Shown piece after piece: positions 26,267-31,970 of a stretch of DNA of 31,970 nucleotides (within the stretch, counting starts at the first letter, position 1; every line of letters begins with the position of its first letter). A program made the position numbers and the translations under genes. Source of the stretch: Candidatus Woesearchaeota archaeon (GTDB taxonomy: Archaea; Nanobdellota; Nanobdellia; SCGC-AAA011-G17; CAZHCT01); NCBI GenBank assembly GCA_964531355.1, contig CAZHCT010000002.1:1-31970 (forward strand), in the 5' to 3' direction. The notes under the pieces are model-generated. The model worked only from the letters and a program-made list of their open reading frames with translations, did not search any database and had not been told where the DNA came from.

Positions 26267-26386
26267 TTTTTAGCCTCCTGATAAATTTTTACTTTATAAC
26301 TACTAAAAAGAAGCAATAATTTATAAACTTTTGCTTTTTAAAATTGACATTTCATGATTTTCTGCATTTGAAATAGTATGTTATTA

Positions 26387-26887
26387 TCATCTTGCTAAGG
26401 CTTTTATTCCAGGAATCTCAAGATTATAAACTTCATCATAATAATTATAAACCTCTTTCATTAATTCTTTCACATAAGACTGTCTTTCATTGTTAATGGC
26501 TGTTTCTAATAATTTCAAAGTTCCTTTAGGAGAATTATTAAATTGCTGCATGTAAGTATCTCTTGCAATCGAAAAAAGAATCTGCTGAAAATCTTTATCT
26601 TGTATTCGTTCGGGTAAATCTATTAATAATGCATCTATGCTTGGAGTTATATCTCCTCTTAATGGCAATGTGTATGGTCCTAAATACTTTCCTAAGGATT
26701 CTATCCATTTTGGTATTTGTGTTCTTGCTTTTTTTAATTGGTTAGGGTATAATTGTATTAATCTATCTAATATTACTCCTGACAAGCCGTTTGCAGAAGT
26801 AGACAAAGCAGATAGTTTCTTAGCTGTTGGATTTTGCTCTAGGAAAGATTTGTATTGAGATTTTGAGGTTATTCTATGTTTATTAGA
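26387..26887 (-). repeat. ~500-bp direct repeat encoding the shared C-terminal domain (copy A; copy B at 30044-30544)
   Basis: 143/166 aa identical by manual alignment; 26776-26885 vs 30433-30542 match at 109/110 nt. Confidence 0.95.
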
Positions 26888-27715
26888 TCTTATTGGAATG
26901 TTATACCCCCTCAATAATCTTAAAATACATGATTTAGAAAGTTTAGTCATATTTGCAATATCAATTGAACTTCTGTTTTCCTTAATATAGAGTTCTTCTA
27001 ACTTTTCTTTTGATGGTTTATTTTTTCCTTTTAACAAAAATTCAGATGTTGTTCTTATTGGAATATTATAATCTATCAACCAATTATAGATGGTTCTAGG
27101 ACTAACTCCTATCAATTCTGCGATCTCATATGCAGTTTTATGTTTTTTAATATATAAGTAGACTAATCTTTCTTTAGGGGCTATCTTTTCCTTTTTTAGT
27201 TTAATAGTTCTTATTGGAATATCATAGTCTACTAGCCAATTAGAGATAGTTACATTGTTAACCCCAGTTAATTCAGCAAGCTCGACCATAGTCTTCTTCT
27301 CTTTAATATACCATCTCTCTAATTCTTCCTTAGATAGTTTCTTTCTGCCTTTTAACATAGATTCAGATTTAGTTCTTAAGAGAATCTCCTCTTTTTTTAA
27401 CCAGTTATAGACCGTTACGGGACTCATATTAATAATATTTCCAATTTTATAAATAGTTTTCTTTTCTTTGACATACCATCTTTCTAACTTTTTTTTTGAT
27501 GGTTTTTTTTTGTCTTTTAACTTAGCTTCTGATTTTGTTCTTGTTGGGATATTATATCTCTTTAGCCAAATTACAACACCCCCTGTAGAAATTCCTATCA
27601 TATTTGAGATATCTTCCAAGGTTTTATACCTTACTTCATATTCTCTTCTTAGAAAACTTCCTAGATCTTCTTTAATTTTTTGTTCTACTTCTTGCATTAA
27701 TTTGGTTTTTTCCAT
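26387..27715 (-). CDS. Protein with five ~55-aa HTH repeats plus an uncharacterised 166-aa C-terminal domain
   Basis: Repeat consensus KPSKEELERWYIKE.K...EIA...GVS..TI.NWL..YNIPIRT.SE..LKGK; ATG 27715 (MEKT) parallels the paralogue; track uses TTG 27727. Confidence 0.85.
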   Translation of the reverse strand: MEKTKLMQEVEQKIKEDLGSFLRREYEVRYKTLEDISNMIGISTGGVVIWLKRYNIPTRTKSEAKLKDKKKPSKKKLERWYVKEKKTIYKIGNIINMSPVTVYNWLKKEEILLRTKSESMLKGRKKLSKEELERWYIKEKKTMVELAELTGVNNVTISNWLVDYDIPIRTIKLKKEKIAPKERLVYLYIKKHKTAYEIAELIGVSPRTIYNWLIDYNIPIRTTSEFLLKGKNKPSKEKLEELYIKENRSSIDIANMTKLSKSCILRLLRGYNIPIRSNKHRITSKSQYKSFLEQNPTAKKLSALSTSANGLSGVILDRLIQLYPNQLKKARTQIPKWIESLGKYLGPYTLPLRGDITPSIDALLIDLPERIQDKDFQQILFSIARDTYMQQFNNSPKGTLKLLETAINNERQSYVKELMKEVYNYYDEVYNLEIPGIKALAR

Positions 27716-27723
27716 ACTTTCTC

Positions 27724-30042
27724 TCAAAAACTGATCTCCTTCTCTTTCTGTTTATTTTCCCTCTTATCAATTCTAACTTTTACCTTGGATGAATTGGAGA
27801 AGACTGAATCCATATGCATTTTAAATTGATCTTCTTTTAGTCCCTTCTCGCATGGATTTGATTTTTTCTGAAGACACATCTCATAAATGTTAAAATTGTC
27901 CTTCTCTCTAACAAAGCCTGTCAACTCAGGAACTATTTCAAATCCTAGTTTGGAAGCTCCTTCTTTGTACCTGGACATATCTTTTTCATTAAATGTACTT
28001 CCAGGAAGTGTGATTATTAGATAACCCTCTTTTCTTAAAACTCTATTTGATTCCCTGAAAAATGTTTCTCTTTCTTTTAATTCTTTTTGGGTTTTTCTTT
28101 TTCTTTTGCCAATTTTTTCTTCTATTATTTCTATTCTCTTCAAAGAAAACATTTGATATGCTAAAGAACAAACGGCTAAATCAAAATGCCCATCTTTATA
28201 TGGAATTTTATGAGCTGGTGTTAAATGGTAAGTGCTTTCCTTATGAGCCACTTTCTTAGCCATTTGAATAGCATATGGGTCTATGTCAACACCAACAGTT
28301 GGTTTTCCTAATGACATTGAAAGAATTCCAGGACCACAGCAAATGTCCAATTTTTTTTCTAAATTTATTTTTTCTTCAAGTTTTTCAATTGCTTTTTTTA
28401 CTACTTTTGCGGTATTTCCTTGAAGAGAATTCCAAAAGTCAGTTAAATATAATTTAATAATTTCTTTTTGGATATCTGGATATTTTTTAATGTGTTTTAT
28501 TATTCTTTCTGCTCCTAGATCTCTCCACTTAAGATAGTGATGCGTCACTAAATATCTTGATGATTGAACAGCATTTCTTATTGGCTTTAAGTTTGATACT
28601 TTGCCATTTTCAATTAATTCTAATTCTTCTTTAGAGATTGTAAATCCACTTAATAAGTATCTAATAATTCTTCCCTTGTCTTCTAATAGTCTCTCAATAC
28701 CTTGGTCTATTGTAGGAACATGATTTTTAGCTATTAAACTGTATACTTTTAATTCTTCTTTTTTAAATTCCCCTCTTCTTTGAGATCTTTTTACAGCTTG
28801 ATCAAATGATGAAGGTGTATATGGTTTATCCAAGAATACTATTGTTGTAGCTCTTGTTAAGTCAACTCCTTCATTCATTGTTTCTGTTGTAGCGAATAAT
28901 ACTTTATGATTTTCATCATTTTGGAATTTTTTTCTTATTTTCTCTCTTTCGCTATCTTCTCCATTTTTTCTTGCTGTATCAACATCACCATCTATTACGC
29001 AAGAACCATATTGTTTATATCTTTCTGATAATTTATCTGTAACTCCCTTTTTGAAATGCGAACTAAATACAAGTACTTTTCCATTGTTTTTGGTTTCTTC
29101 TTCTATTATCTTATCTAATTTCTTGTATTTGCAGGATTCTGCTGTTTTTAGTCTTTTTTTAAGTTCTGGGTCAGCTATATATTTTGGATCAACTAGCGAT
29201 GGATCTAATGAAGCTTTTAATAAAACCTTTAATTTTGTTTCAACAGAAATATTATCATTATTATACACCTCCGTGTAAATTTTTTCATGATCTTCTGTTA
29301 ATCTTACTTCTAGATCTTTATATTCTACTTTAGGAACTTCTTTTTTAATATAATCTTCTGCTAATCTTCTTAATTTCTTTTCACCGAATACTTTTTTAAC
29401 AGCTTCTGGATCTGTTTTATAGATGTTATAAAATAATCTTAAGATTTTTGAGCTACTTCCAAAATCCATTTTATATTTTTTTGGATCAATCAAGCTCATT
29501 ATCATATACATATCAACAATGCTATTTGGGATGGGTGTACCGCTAAGTAGAGCTAAATATTCTGAATTGTCTACAATCTCTTTAACAGATCTTGTTCTGT
29601 AAGCTTCAGGATTTTTGGCATTATGGATTTCGTCTCCGATAGTATAATCAAATTTCACTTTTTTAAGCTCATTAAGAATTTTCATCCCCCTCTTAGAATT
29701 TCTCATTGAGAGCAAGTCATAATTTATGATTACAAAATCAGATTCTTTAGCTTGTTTTACTATCTTATCGAGATCTTCGTATTTAATATTACTATCAATA
29801 GTAAGAATATTAGCATTTTCTTTGTAATACCACTTTTTAATTTCATTTTCCCAATGTTCTTTAACAGAATTAGGGCAAATGACTAAAGTTGAAATGTTTT
29901 TATTTTTCTGTTTTTCTATCAAAGATTTTGCCATGATTGCTTGAGCGGTTTTGCCAACGCCCATCTCATCAGCTAATAAGGACCTTTTATTATCCACAAT
30001 ATATTTTGCTCCAATTATTTGATAAGGGTTTGCTTCTTTCAT
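27724..30042 (-). CDS. SNF2/SWI2-family helicase-like ATPase fused to a C-terminal class I SAM-dependent methyltransferase
   Basis: LADEMGVGKT, LVICPNSV, IGDEIH, LSGTPIPN, MNEGVDLT, QAVKRSQRRG; then LDICCGPG, VGVDID, IPYKDGHFDLAVCSL. Confidence 0.92.
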   Translation of the reverse strand: MKEANPYQIIGAKYIVDNKRSLLADEMGVGKTAQAIMAKSLIEKQKNKNISTLVICPNSVKEHWENEIKKWYYKENANILTIDSNIKYEDLDKIVKQAKESDFVIINYDLLSMRNSKRGMKILNELKKVKFDYTIGDEIHNAKNPEAYRTRSVKEIVDNSEYLALLSGTPIPNSIVDMYMIMSLIDPKKYKMDFGSSSKILRLFYNIYKTDPEAVKKVFGEKKLRRLAEDYIKKEVPKVEYKDLEVRLTEDHEKIYTEVYNNDNISVETKLKVLLKASLDPSLVDPKYIADPELKKRLKTAESCKYKKLDKIIEEETKNNGKVLVFSSHFKKGVTDKLSERYKQYGSCVIDGDVDTARKNGEDSEREKIRKKFQNDENHKVLFATTETMNEGVDLTRATTIVFLDKPYTPSSFDQAVKRSQRRGEFKKEELKVYSLIAKNHVPTIDQGIERLLEDKGRIIRYLLSGFTISKEELELIENGKVSNLKPIRNAVQSSRYLVTHHYLKWRDLGAERIIKHIKKYPDIQKEIIKLYLTDFWNSLQGNTAKVVKKAIEKLEEKINLEKKLDICCGPGILSMSLGKPTVGVDIDPYAIQMAKKVAHKESTYHLTPAHKIPYKDGHFDLAVCSLAYQMFSLKRIEIIEEKIGKRKRKTQKELKERETFFRESNRVLRKEGYLIITLPGSTFNEKDMSRYKEGASKLGFEIVPELTGFVREKDNFNIYEMCLQKKSNPCEKGLKEDQFKMHMDSVFSNSSKVKVRIDKRENKQKEKEISF

Positions 30043-30043
30043 T

Positions 30044-31216
30044 TTAATTTCGTAAAGGTTTTATACCTGGAATCTCAAGATTATAAACATCTGAATAATA
30101 TTGATAAACTTGTTTTTTCAATTCTTTTATATAAGACTGTTTTTCATTATCTACAGCTATTTCTAGTGATTTTAAAGTTCCTTTAGGAGAATCATTAAAT
30201 TGCTGCATGTAAGTATCTCTTACAATTGAAAAAATAATTTGTTGAAAGTCATCATCTTTTATCTGCTCTGGTAAGTCTGTTAATAATGCATCTATACTTG
30301 GAGTTATATCTCCTCTTAATGGTAGAGTATATGGTCCTAAGTATTTTCCCAAGGATTCTATCCATTTTGGTATTTGTGTTCTTGCTTTTTTTAATTGATT
30401 AGGATATAACTGTATTAGTCTATCTAAAATAGCTCCTGACAAGCCGTTTGCAGAAGTAGACAAAGCAGATAGTTTCTTAGCTGTTGGATTTTGCTCTATG
30501 AAAGATTTGTATTGAGATTTTGAGGTTATTCTATGTTTATTACTTCGGATTGGAATATTATACTGTTTTAGCCATCTTACGATAGTTGGACCGGAAACAC
30601 CTATCATCTCTGCTATCTCATAAGTATTTTTATTCTCTTTAATATACCATTTTTCTAATTCTTCCTTAGATGGTTTTTTCTTGCCTTTCAGTTGGATTTC
30701 TGATATTGTTCTTAGCTTAATATTATAATCTTTTAGCCAATTTCCGATAGTTGAATTAGTCACTTTGAGTATATCTGCAATTTCAATTGTGGTTTTATTC
30801 TCCTTGAGATATAATCTCTTTAATTCTTCCTTAGATGGTTTTTTCTTTCCTTTTAACATAGCTTCTGATGTTGTTCTTGTTAGAATGTTATATTCTTTCA
30901 ACCATTTTCCAATGCACGTATCACTAACCCCTATCATATCTGCTATCTCATAAGTATTTTTATTCTCTTTAATATACCATCTTTCTAATTCTTCTTTTGA
31001 TGGTTTCTTTTTTCCTTTCAATTTAGTTTCCGATAATGTTCTTATGGGAATGTTGTACCTTATTAACCATCCACAAATGGTACTTATATCCACTCCCACT
31101 TTACTAGCAATTTTAGTTGTACTTTGATATTTTTTGACATAGGTTTTTCTAAGAAAACTTTCTAAATCCTCCCCAATCCTCTTTTCTATTTCAAGCATTC
31201 TCCTAGTTTTTTCCAT
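30044..31216 (-). CDS. Protein with four ~55-aa HTH repeats plus the same C-terminal domain (paralogue of 26387-27715)
   Basis: Repeats start at aa ~21, 70, 125 and 180; a 42-nt block is identical between repeats 2 and 4 (30939-30980 = 30609-30650). Confidence 0.88.
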   Translation of the reverse strand: MEKTRRMLEIEKRIGEDLESFLRKTYVKKYQSTTKIASKVGVDISTICGWLIRYNIPIRTLSETKLKGKKKPSKEELERWYIKENKNTYEIADMIGVSDTCIGKWLKEYNILTRTTSEAMLKGKKKPSKEELKRLYLKENKTTIEIADILKVTNSTIGNWLKDYNIKLRTISEIQLKGKKKPSKEELEKWYIKENKNTYEIAEMIGVSGPTIVRWLKQYNIPIRSNKHRITSKSQYKSFIEQNPTAKKLSALSTSANGLSGAILDRLIQLYPNQLKKARTQIPKWIESLGKYLGPYTLPLRGDITPSIDALLTDLPEQIKDDDFQQIIFSIVRDTYMQQFNDSPKGTLKSLEIAVDNEKQSYIKELKKQVYQYYSDVYNLEIPGIKPLRN

Positions 31217-31324
31217 TTTCTTTATGGTCTTTTTGATATTTTTAAGCCTTTCTATTCATAACTACTTTATAGTTATAAACTATTAAACCTTAACTTTAAA
31301 TATCTAAAATTTATGTTAAAATAA

Positions 31325-31891
31325 ATGCCAAAGATAATTTTGATGAAAGATGTGAAAAAGAATGAAAAAGAGATTGTAAATGCAATTATAGAAGGAAAAA
31401 TATTTATTTATCCTACAGATACAATTTATGGGTTGGGATGCAATGCTCTAGATGAAAATGCTGTAAACAAGATAAGAGAAATAAAACAGAGAGATGACAA
31501 GCCTTTTTCGGTTATTGCTCCAAGTGTTGAGTGGATTAACAAGAATTTCAGCTTTAAACATAAAAACCAGATAAAGAAATTACCAGGACCTTTTAGTTTT
31601 ATTGTTAAGATGAAAAAAGAAGCTGTAGCAAAAAATGTCAGCAAAGATACATTAGCAATAAGAATTCCAGATCATAAGTTTACTAAGATAATACAAAAAG
31701 CAAAAGTGCCATTTATCACGACAAGCGTTAATATTTCCGGGAAAAAACATGCAAAATCAATAAAAGAGATTCCTAAAGAGATTTTAGACAATGCAGATTA
31801 TGCGATTGATGATGGTGTTTTATTGAATAATCCTTCTGTTATAATTGATTTGACTGAGAAGATTCCTAAAATTATAAAGAGAAATATTTAA
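31325..31891 (+). CDS. sua5: L-threonylcarbamoyladenylate synthase (YrdC domain only, TsaC/Sua5 family)
   Basis: IFIYPTDTIYGLGC, IKQRDDKPFSV, PGPFSFI, LAIRIP, TTSVNISG, PSVIIDL. Confidence 0.93.
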   Translation: MPKIILMKDVKKNEKEIVNAIIEGKIFIYPTDTIYGLGCNALDENAVNKIREIKQRDDKPFSVIAPSVEWINKNFSFKHKNQIKKLPGPFSFIVKMKKEAVAKNVSKDTLAIRIPDHKFTKIIQKAKVPFITTSVNISGKKHAKSIKEIPKEILDNADYAIDDGVLLNNPSVIIDLTEKIPKIIKRNI

Positions 31892-31927
31892 ATATAAGTC
31901 TTAATAGTAGATTAAAGAGGTGTTTGA

Positions 31928-31970
31928 ATGAAAAAAATAATTTTAATGTTTTTACTGCTGATTGTTCCTA
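31928..31970 (+). CDS. Start of a secreted/membrane protein; runs off the window edge
   Basis: GAGGTG at 31917-31922, then MKKIILMFLLLIVP, a signal-peptide-like start. Confidence 0.6.
   Translation, partial: MKKIILMFLLLIVP

Noticed and set aside
26387-31216. HTH repeats as a CRISPR array or homing endonuclease
   Set aside because: The repeats are 165-nt in-frame coding units without spacers, and the CTD shows no HNH, LAGLIDADG or GIY-YIG motif.
26296-31280. Short shared motifs (ATAACTACT, TTATAAACT) at both ends of the SNF2 island as att sites
   Set aside because: Only 9 bp each, AT-rich, differently spaced and partly just TATA boxes.
4445-31644. Numerous 60-170 aa antisense or alternate-frame ORFs in the track (e.g. 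4445-4645, 5094-5285, 7381-9021 set, 18644-18982, 21667-22698 set, 23090-26024 set, 26563-29278 set, 30765-30953, 31426-31644)
   Set aside because: They lie inside well-supported genes, have Phe/Ser/Leu/Ile-biased shadow composition and show no motifs.

Overview
AT-rich window that reads as a DPANN-type archaeal chromosome segment (Woesearchaeota/Pacearchaeota-like; the taxonomy is inference). Support: TTTAAATA/TTTATAAA boxes 21-24 nt upstream of many ATGs, a GGAGGTG ribosome-binding site, archaeal-type RNase J, Mre11-Rad50, a YrdC-only Sua5, and V4R plus KaiC-like genes. Housekeeping genes (P-type ATPase, rnj, purF, mre11, rad50, sua5) are interleaved with accessory DNA. No rRNA, tRNA, CRISPR array, integrase or transposase was seen. 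Main observations: (1) three small modules in the first 7.1 kb are each bounded by repeats: a divergent wHTH pair in a perfect 21-bp direct repeat, hicBA in a perfect 20-bp direct repeat, and a Fic gene between two 38-bp palindromic sites whose arms are swapped like attL/attR hybrids; (2) a three-gene operon in which a SNF2 helicase-class I methyltransferase fusion sits between two paralogues with 4 and 5 variable ~55-aa HTH repeats and an 86% identical C-terminal domain; (3) a nucleotide-chemistry cluster (GT-A, CX9CX2C radical SAM, thymidylate-kinase-ParB fusion, methyltransferase, CYTH, two NUDIX, nucleoside phosphorylase) that is partly decayed; (4) a bacterial PVC-style prepilin with an 84-aa leader; (5) several small genes and pseudogenes missed by the ORF track. 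All family assignments come from reading motifs by eye, not from database searches.
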